Of a stretch of DNA of 64,000 bases, positions 47,101 to 57,374 are shown piece after piece. The notes under the pieces are model-generated. The model was not told the DNA's origin and ran no database searches. It worked only from the letters and a program-made list of their open reading frames with translations. Origin of the DNA: Podarcis erhardii (lineage: Eukaryota); NCBI GenBank assembly GCA_964252035.1, contig OZ176200.1. One strand, 5' to 3'. Both the position numbers and the translations under genes were made by a program. The first letter of the stretch is position 1, and each line of letters starts with the position of its first letter.

Positions 47101-50100
47101 TCTGCCTGGGATTATTCTTATTCATTCTGTCTCAAGCAGGTGCAGTTTTGAATAAGAAGCTGTTGTGGCAGAACAGCAAAGGGGCATGGGTTCTGAACAG
47201 TATCTTGTTTGTTCTTTTACACAACTGTTCAGTGAAACAGCTGCCAGGTTTGAAATGTAATGGGGCAGAGTGCAATAGGGTGGCCTGAGAATGTGGTCCA
47301 ATACACTTAGTGTGAGGATTTTCATGTGGGATGTTTGTGCACCTTCACGTGAACTTCTGAAGGGCAAAATATAAGTGTGTGTTGCTACTGATTAAAAAGG
47401 GTGCTTGAGTGGAATGCAAGCTGCCAGTATCTGTCTGTATTCCTAAGGAGATGCTGGCTCATTATAATTTCTTCTCCTTCGTAAGAACATACAGATGAGG
47501 CACAGTTTTATTTTAACAGTGGAAGAAATAAACCACTGAATTAACCTTCCAAGATGTTTTTAATCATTTGGATTACTCAAGTCAATACTGTATTTTTCTG
47601 TTGTAGACAGATACACGCACTAACAAATTGGTTATTAACAGCAAAACACAAATCATTTAACTGGATGTGTTTTAAATTATGCTGCAGTTCTTCAGAATAA
47701 TTGAATTACCATAGGTTCTGTCCAGGAAATAGTTGTCCAGCACTCACTGACTCTTCGTAGATGGAGTTCTGCAACAATAATGAATGGGGAAGACCCCTTA
47801 TAGTAAGGCTGGGAGTGGGGGGTATTTCCGGATCTGCCACCTAAAGCCAGGGCTATTTTTTCTTATGTCATAATTGCCACATGGAATTCCACCCCAAGGC
47901 TGGTATCTACAGCATACTTTTTAAAAGCAAGATTTTGTCCTTTGTTGAGGAGCTTCATCAGAAAAGCAGGAAGGCAAGTATACATAGAGAGCCATGTAGT
48001 TCTGTGGGCAGAGCTTCTGTAATCAACACAGCTTCTTATCCCTATATATGGTCTATAATTATGTTCTACACTTATCAGCATATGCTACTTCTAACCTGTT
48101 CATTTTTCTCCTTCTCCCACAGTTTGCTCTAAAAAGTTGAGGAGGAATCAACATCCAGTGAGAGGTTTAGAATAAAGCAGGCATATTGGGTCAATCTGTG
48201 CAAAAGGTGAACATTTGTAGACATCTGAGTAGTTTACAGTTTATAGTTTTGAGTGCAGAATTTAGTTTTTTTGGCACAGATTAGTAATAAAGTGTGGCTA
48301 TAGAATAATCAAGCTTATTAAAGAGATGTTCCTGTTCAGTGTGTTCTTCTTCTTCGGGTTGTTGTCTGGCCCTGTTTCCCCTTGAAAGCCAGATATACTT
48401 GGTATTACAAGAGGTGGTTTTTTTTGGCTTTGTAGTGAGAAACTTGTCTCTCCCAAATGGAAAACCTTCAAAGGGCTGAAACTGCTACAGCGTGACAAGA
48501 TTCGACTCAATAATGCCATCTGGAGGGCCTGGTATCTGCAGTGTAAGTAGCCTGGAAGAAGGTATTTAAAAACAACAACAACAAAAAAAAAAACCAACCA
48601 ACCATATAAAAGGTCATCCAATATGGGCAGATTAGGTGGGAACCACCAAATTCTGTGTATAAATCCACAAAAAAATGGGTTCTTCCTCCATCCCTACACG
48701 TGTTTTCCATGACTTCCTCAACCAAGGAGACTGTTTTACACAGAATTATGTATTGCAAGTTTGCAAAGCTTTATGCTAGCAAAAGTCACATATTAATTGC
48801 TTATGGATTTAAAGCTCTTCAGCTCTACTGCCCTATTTAGTGGATGCTGAAATGGGAACGACTGCCAGCCAGCCAGCATTTTCTCTGTTTGGTCCTGCTT
48901 GAAGCTGTACTGCGGATTACAGCCCCTTTTCTTTTATTTCATTCTGGATGCAGATGTGGAGAAGCGGCAGAACCCAGTGTGCAGTTTTGTGACCCCACTA
49001 GAGTGCAGTGATGTAGATGTGCACCGCAAGCCTGAGGTGAGCAAAGGTTACTTGGGCCTTTCTTACTTAAGAACATACAAAGAAGACAGATTATGCATTT
49101 CTGTAAGTGACCCCTGGCTGCACCTTTATTTGGCAGGCTGTCATCATGGAAGGAAAGTACTGGAAACGTCAAATTGGGGTTGTCATCAGGGAATATCACA
49201 AATGGAGGTTGTTTTCCTATACCCAGGTAAGTGTCTTCTCCAGCAAGATGTGTTGTACTTCATATAGCTCCCCTTCATCCCTAGATGACATGTTCCACCC
49301 AAGCTCATACGGTCCTTTTTAGTGTCAACCAAGGAAATCAGGTAGCTCCATCCAGAAGCACCTTGGAACTCCATTGTAAGAAGGTGGATTTTCTAGATGC
49401 TTCTTGCCAGGCTATCATAGTCTGGATCTGGTGGTTATGAGGTGATCTGGAACTAGACTGGCGAGGCTACATTTCTGTCTTACTCTGATGGGTGCCTTAG
49501 CCTATAGACTCCTTTCCACAGCTGCCAAAGGCTCTCATTCTCTTGCCCTCTCTCTTACTTCCACAAAGACGCACACTGGTCACCCAGCTATCCCTGTGTG
49601 ATTATTGTGGTCTGCAATGGCTTGCTGAGGCCTCAGGTGTTCATTGTTGTTGTAGCAGTAGTAGTAATAATAATAATAATAGTACATTATACCTAGCCCT
49701 TCCTCCCAAATGTGTCCAGGGCAGCAATAAGCCAGATAGGATTTTATTTAGCTACCTATGGTTTTCCTCTAGCTAAGTATTGTAATTGTAGTACTTTCAG
49801 TGGCCTAATCCTAAACATTCTGTGCATTTTGTTATAGGCTTCAAAGAAGATGGATAAACCCGTCTATGGTTCTTCTCAGGTGCTATTTTAATGCCTTGTT
49901 CCTATACTGCACCCTCCAGATTCCCCTTTCCCCATGGCAGAGGGTGGAATTAAAAAAGCTTGGGGGTTCTCTGCAGCCATTCAGTATTCCAGCCCCTCAT
50001 TTGAGTTTGCCTAAAGTTGGAGTTCACAGCTCTTTCTCTCCCATTCTGGACAGGAAGTAGCTGATGATGTTCCAAGGGCAGAGCTGAAAACGGATGGAAC

Positions 50101-53100
50101 AGATGCAAGCCCCATGGACCTTGACCCCTTGCATGACCTGGATGCACTTCTGGACACCTTCATTTCTAGCCGCAACCCTTATGGTGGCCCCAACCTCCGT
50201 GGCCTTGGTGAGAGGCCTTGCTTTGTGCTCATTCCATCTATCCCTGGATCTGTCCCTTTCTACCAAGAAACCCTTTAAGTTTTCTCCACTGTCCCCAGAG
50301 GCTAGTACAGATGCCTCTAGAGGGTGGAGAGAGCTTTTGAAGTATCTCCATGTGAGAGCCAGTCCCTTGCTTGTGCACCAGAGAACAGTTCTTTGCTATG
50401 GAACAAAGTAGTGAGCGAGTGATATTATTTCTCATTTTGTGTCTTCAGCTCACCAGGGAAATGCAGATATGATCCAGCCCACCCTGACCCAACTGCACCC
50501 CATCTTTGGGGAGGAGTTTATGGACTTGGACCCCATTCAAGGTAACAGCAGAGGTTTATATGCCTGTACTTAGTGGTAAGGTGGCGCATCTCAAAGCTGA
50601 AAGACATCCTCTGAAGCACTTTGTATGGCTTCTTAAGACCACTTCAGACTGTGTTTAAATTATGTATCCATACTGTACACACTTAAAAGAATTCCGTTTG
50701 TTTATAAATGCTACTGGGTACATGCTGCTAGGATCTCCTGATCAGCTGCAATTCTCTGCAGTGCTTATCTGTAAAAGAGCCCTTGGATTCCTCAGAATTG
50801 CAGCTTGCATATTTACTAAACTCACTGTTAGGGAAAAAACTGAACAAAATATGAAAAGTGTGTCATTAAAGCCCAAAAATCAAATAGAAACATGTATTAT
50901 TATTATTATTTTAAGCCCACAAGTTAATCACCAGTTTTGAAATATTAACTTGTGACCTCAAGAGTAAATAACATCTGAGTCTGGGTCACCATAGTGGGCT
51001 GAAAGCTATCACTGGTGAGAGGAGACTATTTCCAACCAGGCATTGATGAAATTCTAGTTCACCCAAGGCCAGAGCAGAATGCTGCTGAGCAAACATGATA
51101 CGTCCTGGTAAGGCTAGACATTATTTAAATCAGTCAGCATGCACATAAAAATCCTCTTTTGGGCGTCCAATGCTCTAATAGACGACTCATTCTCCATATA
51201 ATCACATGCATACTGTACTTTATATATTGTTTGTCCCCTATCCCATTTTCTGAATCAGCCAGGACAAATTCTTCAGGGCCACTGTATATCCCCTTTTCAC
51301 AGGAAGAAAAAAGTAGGCAAATTAATCTTGTATGAATTCTTAATTTGAAAATCTTAAAACTTACGCATTTGTCATCTCAAAGTTTCTACTTGCAAGTATA
51401 GCATCTACATATTGAGCCTATTTCAGTCTCATTCCTGCCACTCTGTCACATAACTCTGAAATTAGCAGTCCCCACCTGCATATTGCTCGAGTTCTTGACT
51501 TGAGTTTCTCTACCAACTGGTTCAGTTGACATATCCTGGATTTTAGGTCTCATTGTTCTTCGAAACCACCAATTGATGTCTTCTTGTATGGTGGATGTGA
51601 ATGAATGAATGTTTATTATTAAGGCCAAACAGCCAGCATACTACCTGTGTGGTGAAATCCTGATGATTCTTTGCTTAATTGATTCAGACACACAAGCCAT
51701 TTATCTTCTACCAGTTGCTCTTCATCTCCTCCCAGCCATGTACCTTTTAAATCTTTGCTTTCTTTTCACAGAATTCATCACTTCCTGTCGTTCTCAGCCC
51801 ATGAGCCAGGTAAGGAGAATAATTTTATCTGATAGCTTACAAACTCCTTGGGCTTCTGCAGCCCCTGATGCTTACTGCAGATACTGGTCTGTGCTTGATT
51901 TTGATTTTGGAAAGGCAATAGCCTTTTTCAGCATTGCAAAAAAACAACAACTGAGCAGTGGGAGTTCCCCACTTGTATGATTTTCAGTGCAGCCATCTCC
52001 AGCCTGGACTCAGGAGTTGTGTTTGATTTGCACTCTCTTCTCCCCCCTCTTAGGCTCCTGCAGTAACGGATGCTAGTGCTTTGAACCAGTGCAACTCAGA
52101 TACACCTCTCATTGCCCCTGGGACCAAGGATCTCCCACCGCCTGGAGACTCTCTCAACCCCATTCCCATCTCACTGGATGTGGAGCCGCCTGTACCTTTG
52201 AATGGACAGCAGACCTTCCTGCCATTCTTCCCCACCTCCCCACTGAGGATCAGCCCGCCGCCTGTCTCTCCCATCTTGCGCATGCAGCCTCAAACCACTT
52301 TGGTCTTCTCTGTCATCACGCACACAGGATCAGAAACAAATTCTCCGTCTGTATTTCGGGACACTTTTGCTGTGCCAGTCTCTGCTCCTCCACCCAAGGA
52401 TGGGAAATGCAGACACCTGCAACGGATTGCTCCAGCACCCTCCTCTAGCCAGCAGCCAGCCCTTCCCGGTGCTCCGCTCCCCTGCCTGCTTGCAACTGGT
52501 ATGTCCCTGCAAGGACAGGCTCTCCGTAGGGGAAATTGAGGTATTGCTGACCTAGACTACAATGCTTCTCTAGGTCCATTTGGAGTTTTAAGTCATACTG
52601 CAGAATTCTCCTTTCTTTTTGGTTGTTGTTTTCTGAAGCAAATCTCACCAGGATCAACTTTTGGAATCCCTAATTTAAACAACTGCATGCATTATTAGTG
52701 TTTATTTTGATATAATTATCTGAAGCTGGAGTTTAGCTTCATACTTGGGAATCACTGGAAGCAAAAGCATTTTTCTGTACTGGAAAAATAAAATATGTGG
52801 TCCAGGGAGATAGTTTTTTGTGTTACTGCAGAATTTTAAAATTATATACAGCGGTACCTCGATTTTCGAATGTAATCTGTTCCAGAAGACCATTCGAGTT
52901 CTGAAACATTCGAAAACCGAAAACTCAGTATAGAATTTTTTTGATGTGGTTTATTTATTGTTTATGACTTTTGTAATTACCGTATTTTTCGCCCTATAGG
53001 ACACAATTTTCCCCTTCCAAAAATGAAGGGGAAATGCGTGTGCGTCCTATGGGGCGAATGCAGGCTTTCGCTGAAGCCTGGAGAGCGAGAGGGGTCGGTG

Positions 53101-56100
53101 CGCACCGACCCCTCTCGCTCTCCAGGCTTCAAGAGAGCCGCAGCGCCAGTCCCACAAGGTCAGGGGACAGCGGGGAGGCAGAACGCCGCCATCCTGCTGT
53201 CTCCCGATGTGGTTTGGAGGCTGACGGCGGGGAGATGCGTGCTTCTCCCGGCCGCCAGCCCCGCAAGCTCCGGGGACAGCGGGGAGGCGCAGCGCGTCCT
53301 CCCGCTGTCCCCGGACCTGATCTGCAGGCGGGCGGCGGGGAGAAGAGCGCTTCTCCCCGCTGCCGGCCCCACAAGCGCCTGGGGGGGAAATAATTTTTTT
53401 TTCTTTATTTCCCCCCCAAAAAACTTGGCGCGTCCTATGGGCCGGTGCGTCCTATGGGGCGAAAAATACGGTATGTAAATCTTGTTATGCTGTAAGCCGC
53501 CTTGAGCATTGTTTTTTTAACTGTGGAAAGGCGGCATACAAATAAAAAAAAATGATGATGAAGAACTGAGTATGGAAAACTCAATACGGAAGCCGTGTGG
53601 CATGTTCGACTTCTGAGGCATATTTGAAAACCGAAGCATTTATTTTTGGGTTTCTGGCATTCAAAAACTGAAATGTCTGTCAATGGAGATGTTCAAAAAC
53701 CAAGGTACCACTGTATCTGACTTGAGCTGATAGGCATTACGTAACAGTGCCTGTATCTCCTTCAGTGGATTTAGGGTTTAGCCTTGCAGAAATTGTGTGT
53801 CAAAACTATGTACTGACTAGTCTGTAGAATAGTAAAATGGTTAGTCCACAGGTATTGGAGACGGATTTAAGGTGGCAATCTTACTTGCAACTATACATAT
53901 GTGTAAAGATGTCTGGGAGCTGCTGTTTGGAAAGGGAAAGAAAAAGTCCTCTATGCCCAGATTCCTGCTTTGATCCCCTTCTTGCTTCTCTGGAGTGTAG
54001 TTAAGCTTTTCGTTTCGATGCAGCCAGCAGTTTGAGCCAGGTAAATCAAGCAGAACTACAAATGTCAACATTCGTCCAAATGCTTCATAGTTAAACAGAA
54101 AACCTTCAACTCATTAGTAGAAGTGAAATGACAGCTCATTAATATAACTATGCATATTTACTAGCTTTTTAAAGTTATATTTTAATTTTTCTTAGATCTA
54201 CAAGTGAGCACAGATTTTCTTGACCCATTTCAGAACAAGGCTCTTGTGCCTTGTAGCTTTTTTGAATGGGGAAATTTGTCAAGAGCTGTAGAGTCTTCTA
54301 ATGTGCAAGCATTATGAAGAGAGAATCTGTAACTATGAAACTTTCCTCTCTACTCCATTTAAAACTCACACATAAAGGTCCAGAATTCCTATGTGTGTCT
54401 GATGGCAAAGTGGGTACCAAACAGTTGGTGTCAGATTGGCTGGTACATGCAGGAATTTTATGACACTAATGGTTATGGGGAAACCAGGCCTAGGTATGTT
54501 TTGGAAGGGATCCCTGAGGCAAGGATGCTCATTGGCCTCTCTGTTGGGTAGGGTGCCATGCATTTAAGTAGAGATTATTGGCCTGAATTGTATTTTCAGT
54601 TGTGGTGGGTGGGATTTCATAAAGCAGCAGACTCCTTTTTGTGGGAAAATGATTGCTTGTACATGAGAGCATGAGCAAAGTTCTTATTGTTACAGGGTGA
54701 TTTCATAGCTAGAAGCATCCTTGGAGCATGAACAGCGCGTGAACAGCTCGTGCTGTCCTATATGATTGGCTAACGTGGCATGGCCTGATGCTCGCATGGT
54801 CTAGTGCGAAGGTCCTTATCTGCTTGCTAGAACAAATTGCTTGGCTTGTACTTTGTATCTTTCTGATTTCACACAATAAAAGCTGTGCTGCATGAGCCCT
54901 AGAGGCAGCTATATTTCGGAACCTATTATGGTGTGAGACTGATTTTTCCTTGGATGCCGAGCTGCAACTCGACACCTTTTCATTAAATAAATTCTGCCAC
55001 ATTCAAAAACTTGGTCTACTGGTGAGCAGCTAAACTGAAGCTGTGTAGTTACAGGGAGTGAGTGATGCTGCTTCAGCCAGCCAAGTTTTGTACATGCATT
55101 GGGGGTTAATACATAGAGGCTGGGAAAATAAGAACATCTCTTTCATCTCTAGGTCCTGCCCCACTGCCCCTCACTCCAGTCATGAACTCTGTGCAGGTAA
55201 GGATGCTCTCCTCTGCCACCTTCCTTCTGCGAGGCCTTCTATCTCTGTTCTGCTTTTTGCCTCCTTGGAGTTGACAGGCAGCGTATTTTTCTATCTTTCT
55301 TTTTAGCTGCTCTTTCTTTCTCTCAACCCTGCTTTTCCTCTCCCACAGGTGTGTGGGGTCCCAAAGCCCCCTGTGAATATGCTGAACTCATTCTCGGCAA
55401 CGGTGAAGTCTCCTCCACTTGCCTCTGCTGCTGCTTCCCCTGACACTGGTAAGCTGGCTCAGGAGGGTGCAAAGTCACTCGGCCTCTCTTCTTAGCAATA
55501 TCTCATCCGCTTTCACTGGATTGGTCTATATGCCGTGCCAAAGTAGAAATTGAATACACACCTTAAGAGGAACTCACCTACCCCAGTATTTTTTGGATTA
55601 TTTCAGGTGCCAAAACCAAGGAGAGAGCTGAGGACAACGCTCTCTGCAAACCCCAGGAAGTGGACAAATGCTGTACTGCCAAGGTAATAAGAATACCCAC
55701 ACCACTGTACCCCATCTTGTTGGCTTGAGCGTTGTGGGAGAAGACATCTTTTCTCAAAGATGATAGCCAAAGGGGTAGTTGCCTGGCAGTGTCTCAAATC
55801 ATGGCTTGATTGGCTCTTGCAGGGAAGTCGCAGATCAACACTTACCTCGGCTGACTATGCCCGCCGTAGGGTCATCAGCTCCGGCTTCAATACCCTTGCC
55901 ACTCTGGTGTTGACAGGACCTGATCAAAGCAGCACTAAGGTACGCATCCCCCACTGTACCAGAGGATGGAAGGGCACATATTCTTTGCTGTTTGTCCAGT
56001 CCTCCCAATTTGCTTTGTGTACCTGCTGGAGCCATTCTTGTGGTCTTTGCCCTCCCAATCCATTTTACACCTTTACTCCACCCCCTCACCTCCCCAGTTC

Positions 56101-57374
56101 AGCAAAGCAATGCTCCTGCAGAAAAGTGCGGCACATGTGGAAAGACTGCAGCAAGAGCGCCGACAAGCTCAGGAGACAGTTGAAAGACTACGTGGGGAAA
56201 TCAAAGAGCTGAGCACTGCCATTGAGTGAGTTGCGGGGCTGGCTTAAGGGGTTTTCATTGGATCAGGGATACAAGTTAAAAGGTGAGAGGGGAACTCTGT
56301 CAACAAGTTGTGGCTTTTCTCTTCCCTCCAGTGACTTTCAGCGCCAGCTTCCACCTACGGGAGCTCCTGTGCTGCCACCACAGTCAGGTCAGGCTTCTCA
56401 ACTCTATGAAGAGTATGTCCGCAAGCGCACCCTGCAGGACTGGCGCTTCTGGCTTGTATCCACCACTGAGCATGTGGGGTGGGGTGGGATGGGACAGGTT
56501 AGGGTGCAAGAAAGCAGCAAGGGGAGGTATTTGGCATGGCATCAGTGGCTTGCTGGGTGCTTAAGGGGAGCAGGGAGACTTGGCTGCATAGGCTCCTTAA
56601 CCTCTTCCAACCTGCAGTTCAGCATGGTGATTAAACCACTCTTTGAGAGCTACACCAGGACAGTGAGCACAGGCAATGTCAAGGAATTCTGCGACTCAGT
56701 GTTGAGCTGGTTGGAGCAGCACTGCACCCTGCCCATCTTGCGCCCTGGTATGGATCAACAAGGAAATCTAGAAATGTCTTTCCCTTCACTGACCCATCTC
56801 TTTCCCCCCCTATGGCTTTCAATGATCCTTGCCTACCTTCTAGTACGTGCTTGTGTATCATTCACCTATCTTACTCCTGCTTGAAGTACTCTTACGTTCA
56901 CACATAACTAAGAGAGTGGAGCAGAACCATGGCTTACCAATTATACTCCACATTCCCGATTCCCTTTTCATGCCTTGCTAAGTTACTAGACACAATTGCC
57001 CATCACTATGATCCTTTCCTTGCCCTGAAGCAAGATTATTGGACAGTGCCTTAAAGCAAGGCCCAGATGTGACCTTAGGAGTTACCTGGCTTTGTGGTGT
57101 TTAGGAAAAAATCTAGCTGGAGATGCCAGCTGTTCTCACAAGTCTTCTATTCCTGATACTTCCAGAAGACTTGAAAGGATTCTCTTTCTAGGAATTAGGA
57201 GAAAGTGTCTGCATTGAGTTCACTGTTACTGTTTTGGTTTTTTGTCCCACAGCTATCTCTGGCTCCCTCCTGCAGCTAAGCAAGATCACATCCATACTGA
57301 CTCGGCCAACCCAGTTGCGTGAACAAGCCCTGCAAGCAGTAGCTGGCCCTCCACACTACAAGAGCAACAGCTAG
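43634..57374 (+). CDS. Mondo-family bHLH-ZIP protein (MLX-interacting protein / ChREBP-like); probable third paralogue distinct from MLXIP and MLXIPL; 17 exons, 743 aa from ATG 43682 or 759 aa from ATG 43634
   Basis: join(43634 or 43682..44019,48436..48542,48954..49036,49137..49226,49838..49879,50054..50207,50449..50541,51772..51809,52054..52498,55153..55196,55349..55448,55607..55683,55823..55939,56098..56225,56332..56455,56618..56747,57253..57374), open frame to TAG. Motifs: MCR I QIIHSGHFMVS, MCR II SIDPSLTKLFECMTLAYS, MCR III RDKIRLNNAIWRAWYLQY, MCR IV EGKYWKRQIGVVIREYHKWR, MCR V GNADMIQP, HLH-ZIP SKAMLLQKSAAHVERLQQER, DCD RTLQDWRFWLFSMVIKPLFESY...WLEQHCTLPILRP. Exons 8-12 (low-conservation Pro-rich region) were inferred mainly from splice sites and phase, so they are less certain. 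Confidence 0.93.
44901..45267 (-). mobile_element. Full-length Sauria SINE
   Basis: The minus strand has a tRNA-derived head GCGCGGGTGGCACTGCGGGTAAAACC...GGTTCGAATCCCC and an (ACCTTT)n 3' tail. A perfect 12-bp TSD AGCACAGCATAG lies at 44889-44900 and 45268-45279. Confidence 0.92.
46003..46140 (+). mobile_element. CR1 LINE 3' fragment, diverged
   Basis: GAGAGGTAATG...CCTTGGAAACTTTCAAAGAAAGGCTGG...CTCTGGAATG...TTGGACTAGAT, matching the CR1 ORF2 end and 3'UTR pattern. Confidence 0.6.
52849..53713. mobile_element. Tc1/mariner (Tigger/pogo-like) MITE carrying two nested insertions
   Basis: TIRs CAGCGGTACCTCGATTTTCGAA / TTCAAAAACCAAGGTACCACTG, flanked by TA at 52847-52848 and 53714-53715. Confidence 0.8.
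52980..53471. mobile_element. Young Tc1/mariner (pogo/Tigger-like) MITE, innermost of the nested set
   Basis: 23-bp TIRs CCGTATTTTTCGCCC(T/C)ATAGGAC with 1 mismatch, a TA TSD at 52978-52979 and 53472-53473, and a GC-rich interior with palindromes. Confidence 0.88.
56456..56617 (+). other. U12-type (minor spliceosome) intron in the Mondo-family gene
   Basis: 5' splice site GTATCCAC, and a perfect U12 branch site TCCTTAAC at 56594-56601, 16 nt before the end of the CAG acceptor. Confidence 0.8.

Noticed and set aside
53023-53478. GC-rich ORFs of 70-151 aa in intron 9
   Set aside because: They lie wholly within a non-autonomous MITE and show no transposase motifs.
54196-54203. Possible 8-nt microexon (TTCTTAG|ATCTACAA|GTGAGC) with the same phases as exon 10
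   Set aside because: Splice-like motifs alone are weak evidence, and the 44-nt exon at 55153-55196 already restores the frame; RNA-seq would be needed.
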